A stretch of 64,000 bases of DNA, taken from NCBI GenBank assembly GCA_964247055.1, contig OZ176051.1:13330001-13394000 (forward strand), given 5' to 3'. Shown piece after piece: positions 51,907-64,000 of this stretch (position 1 is its first letter; each line of letters opens with the position of its first letter). Position numbers and translations under genes: made by a program. The DNA comes from Paragordius varius. Taxonomy: Eukaryota; Animalia; Nematomorpha. Under the pieces are notes generated by a model. That model saw only the letters and a program-made list of their open reading frames with translations. It did not search any database and was not told where the DNA came from.

Positions 51907-52230
51907 TGTTATAGTGGTCTGACAGGCTAATTTGAATGAACCTTTTATTATTCTATTAAATTAACCGCACAAACAACATTCGTTATATATTATATTAACC
52001 TCTTAACTTATGTTAGTATTATTATATTATTATAACCTCACCACCACGTATGACTATTTTACCTTGAGTTAATTGAATAAAAGCAAACATCACACCTTGA
52101 TATATGTGAATTCATTAAACCTAATTATCTTAGATATATATATATATATATATATATATCATCATATACCAACGAACATATATACAATAAATTTACCGTT
52201 ATAGACGTTACTTGTAGTCCCCATTTATTA
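51907..52230 (+). repeat. 5' LTR (324 bp)
   Basis: TGTTATAGTGG...CCCCATTTATTA; internal TA run; about a dozen substitutions plus several indels versus the 3' LTR by manual count. Confidence 0.95.
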
Positions 52231-52248
52231 TTGGTGGCCAAGACGAGT

Positions 52249-55200
52249 ATGGCAGACGAACCAATAAATATCACAGCTCCTGACGCTAGCCTTCCCAATT
52301 TACACATAGAATACAATGATAATAAATTCGAAGATTACCTCGAATATATTAGCAACGTACTTGAGGCAAAGGATATTCCGGTAACCGAAAAAATGCTTAA
52401 ATCAACTATACTAGCATATGGCGGATTCAAGATATTAATAAAGATTAACCAACGCCTATACTCCAAAAAAATAAAAGACGCCACGTGGGCGAAAATTACG
52501 GAAACGGGGAAAAATATTCAACCCGACAAAACGAAATTGCAAAGCCGGTTTGAATTTTATAAGCTGGTACGTAACGATGGTGAAGTTTCACGCAATTCCT
52601 TGAACGTAGGAGCAGAAGAAGCTCAATTCACTGAAGCCATAGAACAGCGTATACATGATGCGTTCGTAATAGGACTACGACAACTTCAACTAGAGATGGA
52701 TATCCATTCCAGGAACCCGGATGCTTTGGTAAACTGTATTCCTGTCCCATTAGAAACAATCGTAGATCTCGCACTAGCACACGAGGCTGCTAGGGCTGGA
52801 TTACAGAATAACAATATTAATAACAATAGCAATCGATATAGTAACAGCAATAATAATATCAAAAGGTTACAACATAATAATTTCAATCGACAAACAATAA
52901 TAAAATCTTCTACTACATATAAATATTGCGGCACCACACACCCACCCAACAAGTGTCCAGCCTGGAGACGCTCCTGCAACAAATGCGGAAAGCTCAACCA
53001 TTTTGCTAGGATGTGTGTGGCCAAAAGACAAAGACCCAAATTCAATAGGCAATTATTGAAGGAAGTCAAGGTAGGTCTTGCGCAAACACCCTTATTGATA
53101 ACATTAGTAATAAACGGTTTAAAAAACTTTATCTAAGATACCGGTTCGGATATTAGTGTAATAAACCTTACAACGTGGGAGAAAATTGGTAAACTCAAGC
53201 TAGGATCGACATCACCAGTGAAATCGTACAATAGCACGACAGTGCCAATGATGGGGACAGCAAGCGTCAAGGTCCAGGTAAATGACAAACAAATGGTCGG
53301 GGACATATGTGTCGTAAGCAAAACGATGGGGATGGCTCCGCTGATCTGTGGACTGGACTGGATGGCTAAATTCCAGGAGATGCCACATGTAAAAGTTAAT
53401 TATCTTAAATTAAATGAGATTTGTGAAAATTTTAAAAATTCGAAAATATGTTAGAGTGTTATAAAGACCCTGTAAAAATTCGCATTGCAGCGAATGCGAT
53501 CCCGAATGTATGGTCATGTAGCAGGGTGCCTTTTCCATTCAGAGAAAAGGAGAAAGAGCTGACGAGGCTAGAAAAGTTAGGCATCTTAGAACCCGTTGAT
53601 CCTAACATTACACCTGTGACATGGGCCACGCCTACGGTTAATGTACTTAAACCGAATGGCGAATTAAGAATATGTAGTGATTTTCGGGTAACGATTAATA
53701 AGTGGTTGCAAGAAAACTCCCATATAATCCCCACGTTTGATGACTGGGTGTCAAAAATAGGTGAAGGTATCACATTCACAAAAATCGATTTAAAAGATGC
53801 TTATCTCCAAATGCCAGTGGCAGAGGCGTGTCAATTGTTAACAATATCAACACATAAAGGTTTTTTTTAGATACAAACGCATGCCGTTTGGACTGGCCAC
53901 GGTACCCATCATCTTCCAACGAGTGATGGAACAAGTGCTAGCTGAAAGTCGGGAACTTGCGCATATTTAGATGACGTCCTAGTGACTGTTAGGACGGAAA
54001 ATGAGCACATTAACAATTTAAATAACGTATTAGTCGTCTCGATAAGGTCGGATTTAAATTAAGACTAGATAAAATAATGATAGGTGCAGAATCAGTTAAC
54101 TAATTAGGGTTTGAAATATCGAAAAAGGGTATAAGCCCATGTGAACAAAAATCAAAGCAATTAAGGAGCTAAAATGACCGGTAGATAAAAAGTCATTACG
54201 TAGTCTTTTAGGTTTTTTTGACGTTTCATGAACGCTTTATACCAAAATTACAAATGATAGTCGGTCCCTTACATGAATTAATTGGTAAAAATACGAGATG
54301 GTCTTGGACCGAAAAACATGAGAAAAGCTGGTTAGCAGCTAAGAATTTGTTGAGCGAAAAAGTGTTTTTAACACCATATAATCCGAATATTGATAATAGA
54401 AACTGATGCGTCAGATTTAGGATTCGGGTGTATTTTAAGTTGTAAAGTTAATAGTGAAAGAATACCGATAGCGTATGCCTCACAAAAGTGTAGCAACGCC
54501 GAATGGAATTATTCCACTATTGAGAAGGAATTAAAAGAAATATTGTTTGCGTTAAGAAAGTTTCATAGTTTCGTATATGGTCGAAAATTTATAATATTAA
54601 CTGTTCATTTACCTTTAGTAAAGTTAATAAATATGGATCGAAATTTAAAAGAAATACATAATGCTAAAGTACTAAGATGGATTAATATAATAAATGAATA
54701 CGACTTTGAAATAAGTCATCAAAAGAAGCTAAAAATAGAGCTGATTATTTATCGAGATGGCCGATTGACGAGATCGTTGTAAATGGTGAAGATTATGCGG
54801 TTACCAGATATCTGAGATTTTTGCATTGTCATACCTGCGGTTAAGCAGAGATGAAATTCGAAAAGAAACCGCATTAGATCCAGTATTACAAAAAGTAATT
54901 AAAGCGTTAAACAACCATGACTGGAGTTCTCCAGAATTAGAAAAGTTTGTAAACCGTAAAGACGAGTTGGCATATCAATATGGCTTATTAAGTTTAAATA
55001 ATCGGATTATGATTCCGAAGCCCCTCCAAAAAGAGGTGGTGAGATACCTACACAGCCGTCATAACAAACAAGAGACGACCATGAAAGCGATGGCCAGATT
55101 TACGTGTTATTGGCTAGAATTAGAAAATGACCTGGTAAAAGCCAGTAGTCAGTGCGTATCGTGCAAACGTAGTAGGCCGAATGTTACTCAGAATTCCACG

Positions 55201-56129
55201 TATCAGTGGGATCATAATGTTGGTGTGTGGGAGCGTTTGCATATTGATATAGCCCGACCCGGTAGACGGTTATTATTGGTTGTTGATAATTGATACCTCG
55301 AAATGGGTAGAAGGGTGTATTTTAAAAAAGGTAACCGCAGCGAATATAATCCATAAAGTGGAAGAAAATTTTGCAAGGTTCGGGTTTGCAAGAGAGATCG
55401 TTAGCGATAACGCTTCGTATTTCAGTGATGAGTAATTCACGTCAACCTTAAGTACGTTAGGGGTGAAATATATTAAGGTTGCCCCCTACCATCCCAAGAG
55501 TAATGGAATGGTAGAAAGGTTAGTAGGTACAATAAAAAATAAATACAAAAGAATAAAAAATAATGCGATATCCACCCACGAAGCGTTTAACACTGGCCTA
55601 TAGGCGTATAGAAATTCTATACACTCAACCCCAATTAATGTTCAAGCGTACTCCCCATACCCCCTTAACCTGGTTAAATAGTAGGGCGAGATTGCTAGAT
55701 GCACCAGCCCCCCGACGGCAGTTTGCCATTAATGACCAGGTAATGATTAAAAATGAGTTATGTCCAGGGTGGCGCACAGGAGAGATTATGGACCGTACAG
55801 GGTTATTTTCATACAAGGTATGGGACAAGGACCGGGGCAAAGTTGTCAGGAAACACGATGACCAAATAGTACACCAGCCACAACCACAACCTACCACTGC
55901 CAGCAACACAAGTGAGGAGGATTTAACCACTGCCAAGGATGATGTAACAATCGCCGAAACACAACCCACGATCAATCCAAGTGACGAAACCAATTATCCC
56001 CAAGCCGAAAGTCCAAATAATGATAAAACCCAGAATTCTGCCACAGCCAGCTCCCCCGCAAAAATACAGGAACGATACCCGACAAGAAGTCGCAGAAACC
56101 CGCCCGCTTTCTTTAGAAGGGGGTACTGA
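52249..56129 (+). pseudogene. Disrupted gag-pol of the LTR element
   Basis: ATG 52249; stop TAA 53134-53136 immediately before protease DTGS; RT AYLDDV at about 53961-53978; RNase H ETDASDLGFG...NYSTIEKE; integrase WERLHID, SDNASYF, PYHPKSNGMVER. Multiple frameshifts. Confidence 0.92.
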
Positions 56130-56368
56130 TGTTATAGTGGTAACTGACAGGCTAATTTGAATGAACCTTTTATTATACTATTAGATTAACCGCACAAACA
56201 ACATTCGTTATATATTATTATATTAACATCTTAAATTATGTGTGTAGTATTATTATATTATTATAACCTCACCTCCACGTGTGACTCTTATTATTATACC
56301 TTGAGTTAATTGGATAAAAGCAAACATCTCACCTTGATATATGTGAATACATTAGACCTAATTATCTT

Positions 56369-56408
<40 letters not shown>

Positions 56409-56474
56409 CTCATTATATACCAACGAACATATATACAAACCGTTATTGACGTTACTTGTAGTCCCCATTTATTA
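56130..56474 (+). repeat. 3' LTR (345 bp)
   Basis: TGTTATAGTGG...CCCCATTTATTA followed by the TSD AACAT at 56475-56479. Confidence 0.95.
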
Positions 56475-57028
56475 AACATTCAAGTTGGTCCTTCAATATT
56501 TTAATTTTGATTTTAACTTTTATTAATGAAGCAATAAATATATTATATCCTATCATTTTATTTCCTTTATTTAACCTAAACTTTTAAGTGATTACCATTT
56601 CTTTGATATCCTTATTATTTTATATAAAAAATTTAACTATTTAAAAATATATAGGTTTTGTGCGTTATCGTAATATTTAGTTTAAAACATTAAAAAGTTA
56701 ATATTGATTAATTAAAGAAAATTAGTTCAAAACAAAAAAAGTTGTTTTACTTTGTAAATATTGATTTTGATCTAATAATTATTAAGAAATATAGATATTA
56801 ATTTTAAAAATAGCCAATTACATACAAAAATAACGGTTGTATACAAACTGCTAAAAATGTAACTTTTAGTAAAGGATAACTTTAAACTTTCAAAGATACT
56901 CCCTAAGCGCAAATTGAATAGATTTATTAAAGTTGCAAAAGAAAAAAATATTTAATATAAATGAGGCAATTTATCGGAATTAAAATGTTTGAAAATCACA
57001 TATTATCAAATATTGTTAATAAAACAAT

Positions 57029-57204
57029 AATTACTATAATTTATGCAAAATAGGATTTAGTAGAGGAATATCAACCAAGAATCCTTACAATTGCCTTGTA
57101 ACAAGTCTGTTTTATGACAAATTAATATTTGTATTGGGATTTTTACAGATTGTTGGTTGATATTCCACTAATTTTCGATCCTATTTGCATAAATTATAAT
57201 AATT
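57029..57204. repeat. Imperfect palindrome of about 175 bp
   Basis: AATTACTATAATTTATGCAAAATAGGAT...GGAATATCAACCAAGAATC pairs with GATTGTTGGTTGATATTCC...ATCCTATTTGCATAAATTATAATAATT. Confidence 0.7.
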
Positions 57205-58671
57205 CTAATCATGTGGAAATCCAAAATAAAACAGTATAAATTTTTATACACTCATAAACCAGATGACAAAAAAATGCAAACAATATTTTTGGTTTTATTT
57301 TGATATAAAAGTTTATTTTCCTGAATAAAATATATATGTTAATATTTTAATAGTGAGTTTAGGTAGTAAATAATTAAAAAAATAATTTAAAATAATTTCA
57401 TTAAATTTTTTTCTTTTAAGCGTGAGAAAAGAAAAACGCCATCTTTTTATCTGGTTAATAGAAACCACTAACTATATGATTTTAGGCTATTTATATATTG
57501 AAAATATCTCCTAAAATGATAATAAACGATAATATTTCAGATTTTATCATTATTTTTTGGATTATCCTTAATTATACTTAAGTTTCACTTTTTGCCCGGT
57601 TTCGATTTTCTCTCAATATTTCAAAAATTTGGTTGTCAACAAATAAATATTTTTGCGGCAAATGAATACGCTGGTCATAAGCTATCTCATGAAAAAAAAA
57701 TTTTCGTTAAAATTTTTTTGCACACATTGTATATACTTTTTTTTGTAAAACTGGTAGTTGAAAGGAAAAACAATGGCAAACCACTCTTGAGTTTATATTG
57801 CCAATAATTGTTACACTATGCAATTGATCGTTAAAATCGGGTGCTGGAATATGCCTTCATTAACTGAAACCAAACAGGTTATAATTGAAAGAAAAATGGA
57901 AAAAACTTAAAAATACTGGGTTTAATGGAGACTAAGCAAAAAGATAGCGGGAAAGCACAAAACAAAGAATACCTTGTTAAAATCGGGGAGAGATGACTAA
58001 GAATCAGAAGGCGTTGCAGTATCAATTAAAAACAAATTGAATAAAAGTCTCATTAGTTATACACCATATACATCCAGAACTATGAGTATTAGGTTAAATA
58101 CTAAGCCACTTAAGTTTATGTAGGTAGAAGTCTATCCTCCTACGTCAAATTCTCCTAAAGAAGACACAAAGGATTTTTATGGAAAGATGCAAATAGTTTA
58201 AACGAAAAATAGGTATATGATTATCATAGGATATGATTCGAACAAAAAAGTTGGTAGAGAGGTAGTGTAGATCAAATAGTCGGGCCATATGGATTGGGAG
58301 AACGAAACGAGGCTGGGGCATTGCTCATTTTTTGCCAGGAAAACGAGATGATGATAACAAACTCATAGTTTCCACAACACAATAGGGGGCTATACACACA
58401 TGGACCTCTCCATGCGGCAAATATAAAAATATAATCGACTATATAATATGTCCACAAAAATGGAAAAGGTTTATACTTGATACAAGAATTAGCAAAAGCA
58501 GTAATTGCTTTAGCGATTAAGTGCTTTTAATAATACAAATCAAACTTAAAATCACCAAAATAACGTTAAACATACACACAGATATAACATCCGGAACATT
58601 CCAAATTTTAGATCAGAGACAAAAGATAGATTAGGTAGATTAGACAATGAATGTCGTTCCAAACAACTATA

Positions 58672-60070
58672 CCATTTCCCAGTCTAAATAAACGTTTTCC
58701 CAGTCAATCGAAACATTTTCCCAAACAATCGAAACGTTTTCCCAGTCAATCGAAACGTTTTCCCAGTCAATCGAAACATTTTCTCAGTCAATCGAAACGT
58801 TTTCCCAGTCAATCGAAACAATTTCCCAGTCAATAAAAACATTTTCCCACTTAATAAAAACGTTTTCCCAGTCAATAAAAACGGTTTTATTTTTGATGAT
58901 AAACATCAAAATAAGAATATAAAAACAACTTTTAACCATTATTAGCGTAATATTAGGATATTAATTTTTGTTAAAACACAATTTGACAGTTTTTTTAATT
59001 ATATTCCATATACAATCATTAATGACTTATTCTTAAATGTCCTATTTTTGGAATTTGAGTTTGGATAATATTTTTTATTCTATCGATGATGCGGCTAACT
59101 AAATAAATCTATAGTTACGGATAAATTAATAAAATTATAAAATATACCATTTTTGTCACAAAGGTCATTTAACACTTTATATTGATCTTAAAAAAATTTA
59201 ACGCTAATTTTAAATTATTTAACATTTGGAGGGCCTAAGGCGGCCTTCCGAGTATCTTTGTGCGGGCAGCAAAAAATTTGGAAATATATGCAAAAATATG
59301 CCCACAATATCAATATTCATATTTCTTGCGCATATGAATGAATCTATTAAATTGGTAATGAATTAAAAAAAATGTTATATTGTGTTTGTATTTTACAGTC
59401 TTATTAATCGAAAAATAATGTGAATGCCCGTATTTTCGAATGCCGAACGGTGTGCTTTTTTGAGTTAAAAATGCGGCCCCGAAGACAATTGGTTGGACAC
59501 CCCTGTTTTAGTCATATATCTTTTTTTTAACATTTTTAAATCAAAAACATTTTTATCGAAAAAAAATTTGTTATGTTTTTTCCGACAGTATTTTTATAGA
59601 CAAACTTAACTAAAATGTGTTTTGAAGCGTTTGGCAAACATAAATGCGAACCATCGATAAAATAAAAAATATTATATCTCAAATTTCAAAAAATATAACT
59701 TATAAAGAATAAGTCATTAATGATTGTGTATGGAATATAATTAAAAAACTGTCATTCAAATTGTGTTTTTACTTAAAAATTATCTCCATTTATTACGCTG
59801 ATAATGGATAAAAGTTGTTTTTATATTCTTGTTTTGATATTTACCATCAAAAATAAAACCGTTTTTATTGACTGGGAAAACGTTTTTATTGAGTGGGAAA
59901 ATGTTTTTATTGACTGGGAAATTGTTTTTATTCACTGAGAAAACGTTTTTATTGAGTGGGAAAATGTTTCGATTGATGGGAAAATGTTTCGATTGACTGG
60001 GAAAACGTTTCGATTGATTGGGAAAATGTTTCGATTGACTGGGAAAACGTTTATTTAGACTGGGAAATGG
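58672..60070. mobile_element. Foldback-like element, family A copy 2 (1399 bp)
   Basis: CCATTTCCCAGTCTAAATAAAC.../...GTTTATTTAGACTGGGAAATGG; about 9-10 20-bp units per arm; arms of about 400 bp; TATA on both flanks; inserted in the RTE. Confidence 0.9.
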
Positions 60071-60199
60071 TATATATTAATGAAGTGGCAAAGGAAAATG
60101 TGCAAAGGCTAAAGAGGGAAGATTATAAATGACTGTCAGAAAAGAGTTTAGGGATAGTAGAAAAGCGGAGAAAAGCAAACGAGGGATAATAATATGGTT

Positions 60200-60231
<32 letters not shown>

Positions 60232-60233
<2 letters not shown>

Positions 60234-61630
60234 ATTTCCCAGTCTAAATAAACGTTTTCCCAGTCAATCGAAACATTTTCCCAGTCAATCGAAACGTTTT
60301 CCCAGTCAATCGAAACGTTTTCCCAGTCAATCGAAACATTTTCCCAGTCAATCAAAACGTTTTCCCAGTCAATCGAAACATTTTTCCAGTCAATAAAAAC
60401 ATTTTCCCAATCAATAAAAACGTTTTCCCAGTCAATAAAAACGGTTTTATTTTTGATGATATATATCAAAACAAGACATAAAAGTAACTTTTAACCATTA
60501 TCAGCGTAATATTAGGATATTATTTTTCATGAAAAAACAATTATTGAATGACAATTTTTCCAGTATATTCCAGTGGACAATCATTAATGACTTATTCTTT
60601 AAAAATTATTTCTTTTGTAATTTGAGTTGTTTTTAAGATAATATTTTTTATTTTATTGATGGTTTGCATTAATATATGCCGAACGTTTTAAAATACTTTT
60701 TAAACATGACAAGTTTTTTATAAAAATACTGTCAGAAAAAATATCTAAATTTAAAAATACTCAATAAGATATTTGACTAAATCAGAGGTGTTTAACCTAA
60801 TGGCTTCGCGGGCATTACTCAAAAAGCACGGCGTTACGCATCCGATATATTTCTAATAATTTTTTGATTAGACATAAGACTGTAAAATACAAAAATTTAA
60901 CAATTTTTTTTAATTTGTTACCAATTTAATAGACTCAATCACAGTAATTGCGTAAGAAATATAAATATTACTAAGTGGGCATATTTTTGCATATGGATTT
61001 CTAGATTTTTTGTGGGTCGCACAAAGATACTCGGCACGCCGCGTTAGGCACCCGAAAACCAAATAACAAATATTATAAAATTAGGGTAAAATTTATGTTT
61101 AAGATCCAATATGAAGTGTTAAATGACCTTTGAGATAAAATGGTATATTATTTTTAAATTTTAATATTTCATCCGTAACTATAGATTTTGTAAGTTAGCC
61201 TCAAATAATGCCATCAATAAAAAAATATTATCTTCATCTCAAATTCCAATAATATAACTTTTAAAGAATGAGTCTGTAATGATTGTGTATGGAAGATAAT
61301 TGGAAAATTGTCATTCAATAATTGTTTTTTCATGAATAATAATATCCTAATATTACGCTGATAATGGTTAAAAGTTACTTTTATGTCCTGTTTTGATATT
61401 TATCATCAAAAATAAAACCGTTTTTATTGACTGGGAAAACGTTTTTATTGATTGGTAAAATGTTTTTATTGACTGGGAAAATGTTTCGATTGACTGGGAA
61501 AATGTTTCGATTGACTGGGAAAACGTTTCGATTGACTGGGAAAACGTTTTAATTGACTGGGAAAACGTTTCGATTGACTGGGAAAATGTTTCGATTGACT
61601 GGGAAAACGTTTATTTAGACTGGGAAATGG
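60232..61630. mobile_element. Foldback-like element, family A copy 3 (1399 bp, spacer inverted relative to copies 1 and 2)
   Basis: Same termini as copy 2; long TA runs on both flanks; spacer is the reverse complement of the spacer in copies 1 and 2. Confidence 0.9.
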
Positions 61631-62464
61631 TATATATATATATATATATATATATATAACAATGAATAACAACAAAGGATTAAGACGACTTTCTCAATAA
61701 ACAATGCTGGAAGTGGAAATAACTTATCATAGTGGATTAATGAGCCAATCTTCCAGAAACTGAGGCAAACACTCACCTCCTATATATCATCCCAAAAGAC
61801 TATAAAAGAGAATGACCATATTGTGCAAACAAACAGAAGTACGGGAAAGATATGGGAATACACCCAGCTCTATCAGGGCTCTCCATTAAAAGGATTACAA
61901 TTAAAACAGGATTGGGATCCAGATATACCAAGAAAGGGTTGAATTAGTTCCTAACAACAAAGCGATGGGATTCAATATCCCAAAAGAGTTCGTCCAAAAA
62001 GTATGGGAATCTGTATATCTAATATAAAAAAGGATATGCTCCAGTGCGAAAAGTACCGAAACATAGCTCTTATTAGCAATGTTAGTACGGTCATGCTAAA
62101 AAATACAAGATGCACAGTATTATACAGTCAGAAATACCAGAAAATCAGGCCGGATTTGTGAAGGGAAAAAGCACAAGAGACCTATCAAACGAGAAGGATG
62201 ATAGAAATATCTAGAGGAGATTTTCCGAAAGATTATACATGTGTTTTGTCGATTACAAACAAGCTTTTGATTCGATAAATCATGACCCCTTGTGGGGAAC
62301 ATTAAAGTTACTAAGGGTATCTCCCACTTAATAAGATTGATTAGTTTTCTCTATGTAAATAAAGAGTGATTATTAAAACATCAGCGGGGGACACAGAAGA
62401 AATACCTATCTTGTAAGGAATCAGACATGGGTGTCGCTTACCTTATCTGTTCAATCGTGCACAG

Positions 62465-63085
62465 ATATAATTAAAGTTGTGGATTTTACTGCTTTTTCAA
62501 AAAAGTCCGGTCAGACCCGACCACTTTTTACCTAAGTAAAAATCATGCGATATTGGATTATAAAAATAATGTTCAAACGACACTTTTCACTAATAATGTC
62601 TTTTTTGCTAAAAGTTTGTATTATACATTTTGATATTTATTATTTACAAATGTTTTCAATCAAATTTATAATCAAGAATTTTTTCAAATAAATTATTTGA
62701 ATCTTCAAATACATAACAACTAGTGTTTCAAATATAATTTTACCTAGTTTCTTTTACACTTTCTTTCATCATTGAAATATTCATTATAAAATGTTTTTCT
62801 TTTAATGGTTATATATGGAATAATATTTTGCATAGCGCTTGATTTTGTTTTTCTTAACTGGATATGCTTAGATGCTAATTGGATGCATGTTACAATTTTT
62901 TATTGTTAAATAAGCATATTTAAATATTTGATTTATATTTTAAAAAATATATTCGATAAAATCTTTTTATTTCTCTTCCAAAAATTTACCAGCATATTTT
63001 CAAAAAACAGCTGTATTTTAAGATAACCATGGTCAAAAAATAAATAGTCACTGACCTGGTCACCGGTCAATTGACCCGGTTAATG
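62465..63085. mobile_element. Unclassified AT-rich insertion in the RTE
   Basis: Interrupts the RT region between the RxGCRLP-like block and the DNTT block; CCGGTC/GACC-rich clusters near both ends. Boundaries approximate. Confidence 0.4.
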
Positions 63086-64000
63086 AGAAAATTTGGTAAA
63101 AATGTTGGAGTAAAAAAAGGAGGGAGAACAATCAATAATTTATTGCTTGTAGATAATACCACCCTGAGAACCGAAAATATAACCGATATGTTGATCGAAG
63201 AGATTCGGAAGGAAATTTTGAGTTTTAATCTTATGATTAACCCTAACAAAACCAAAATATTATCTGGAGAAAAGCCCACAATAGTTATTGATGTGAAAAT
63301 AGGATTAGTTAATCAAAACTCTTTTTACTATAATTTCCGAATATGGCGCTTCAACTCCTGACATCAGAAAGAGTATAGGATTGGGTAAAGCAATGACCAA
63401 ATTAATTAAGATTTGGAACAAAAGCATAAGGGTTGAAACCAAAAAGAGATGACTCTACTGTTTTGTTCTCCCGGTCACGTATGATTTTAAGAGCTGGACT
63501 CTCAAGAAAGTCTCATGGCTTTTAAAATCAGCTGCTGGCGTAGCTAGGACCCTGGAAATATAAAATTTAGAATGTAAATCTTACAACAAAATAAATCCTA
63601 AAACAATCTTAGATATAATTAAAAAGAACGTTAATATATTTTGGTCATGTCATGCGATCGAGGCCGACTAGCGATAAGTTGGTTATACATGATAAAATAT
63701 GAGACTAAGATTACAGTGAATGAATGTAGCGGTAAAAGATTGAAAGAAAAAATTCAATAGTAAAGATCATATCATAAAAGTCGTTTACCACTTAGAAATA
63801 ACCAAAAAACAAAGGCATTGCAAAAAATTATACGTTACACCCGCTATGAATTTTTTTATAGGGATTAGATCATCTAAATTCGAGTGTAAAATTTATGTAT
63901 ATAATTTTTATGTTATAAAAATTGAAAATCTATCATACACTAGTCAAAAAGGTTTTGCCCCACCCCATTATTTTGCATTTTTTGTTAAAATGCTATGGAA

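Larger units (their letters stand above)
51907..56474 (+). mobile_element. Full-length but decayed Ty3/Gypsy LTR retrotransposon, Mag-like
   Basis: LTRs 51907-52230 and 56130-56474; 5-bp TSD AACAT; PBS-like TGGTGGCCAAGACGAG at 52232; PPT AGAAGGGGG at 56115-56123. Domain order gag-PR-RT-RH-IN. Gag and protease share one frame, with tandem Cys/His knuckles (CPAWRRSCNKCGKLNHFARMC) typical of the Mag lineage. Confidence 0.95.
51855..56916. mobile_element. Foldback-like MITE, family B copy 4, split by the LTR retrotransposon
   Basis: Termini CAATTTGGGC / GCGCAAATTG. The empty site reconstitutes the family B unit GTTGGTCCTAGAACATTCAAGTTGGTCC. 56480-56916 is collinear with copy 1. Confidence 0.7.
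57828..63710 (+). mobile_element. Near full-length decayed RTE-clade LINE with three nested insertions
   Basis: APE endonuclease blocks VKIGCWN, ILGLMET and YTHTWTSPCGKYKNIIDYI (57830-58450). RT blocks CEKYRNIALIS and PENQAGFVKGKSTRD (62040-62185), DNTTL and INPNKTKI (63150-63260). C-terminal YFGHVMR (about 63640). Confidence 0.85.

Noticed and set aside
58672-58880. 20-bp tandem repeats considered as a CRISPR array; also the ORFs at 1421-1712, 58651-58875, 60077-60469 and 61466-61675
   Set aside because: Units are contiguous with no unique spacers, occur as inverted arms of a transposon in eukaryotic DNA, and no cas genes exist. The ORFs are repeat artefacts.

Overview
Very AT-rich, gene-poor eukaryotic (animal-like) DNA dominated by decayed and nested transposons; the species cannot be identified from the sequence. 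Three host genes look intact, all on +: a 4-exon secreted inhibitory-type serpin (3494-5676), an intronless, very divergent class A-like 7TM receptor (15423-16937) and a 2-exon 7TM receptor (24357-26175). Probable pseudogenes: a frameshifted paralog of the first receptor (about 36540-37870), a multi-exon FARP/FRMD7-like FERM-domain gene on - (about 41930-51460, missed by the ORF track) and a 4.7 kb decayed Ser/Pro/Asn-rich reading frame on - (28505-33165) that may be the last exon of the FERM gene. Mobile DNA includes a full-length decayed Ty3/Gypsy (Mag-like) LTR element with a 5-bp TSD, two other Gypsy fragments, two RTE-like LINE relics, five mariner relics and several Charlie/Buster-type hAT elements and MITEs. 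Most notable are (i) four unrelated-looking foldback families sharing a TA|CCATTT-type terminus followed by 20-21 bp tandem repeats, and (ii) a minimal type I hammerhead ribozyme at the apex of a ~100 nt hairpin just downstream of the serpin, on the antisense strand. No rRNA, tRNA or CRISPR array was found. All alignments and counts were made by eye; boundaries marked approximate may be off by tens of bases.
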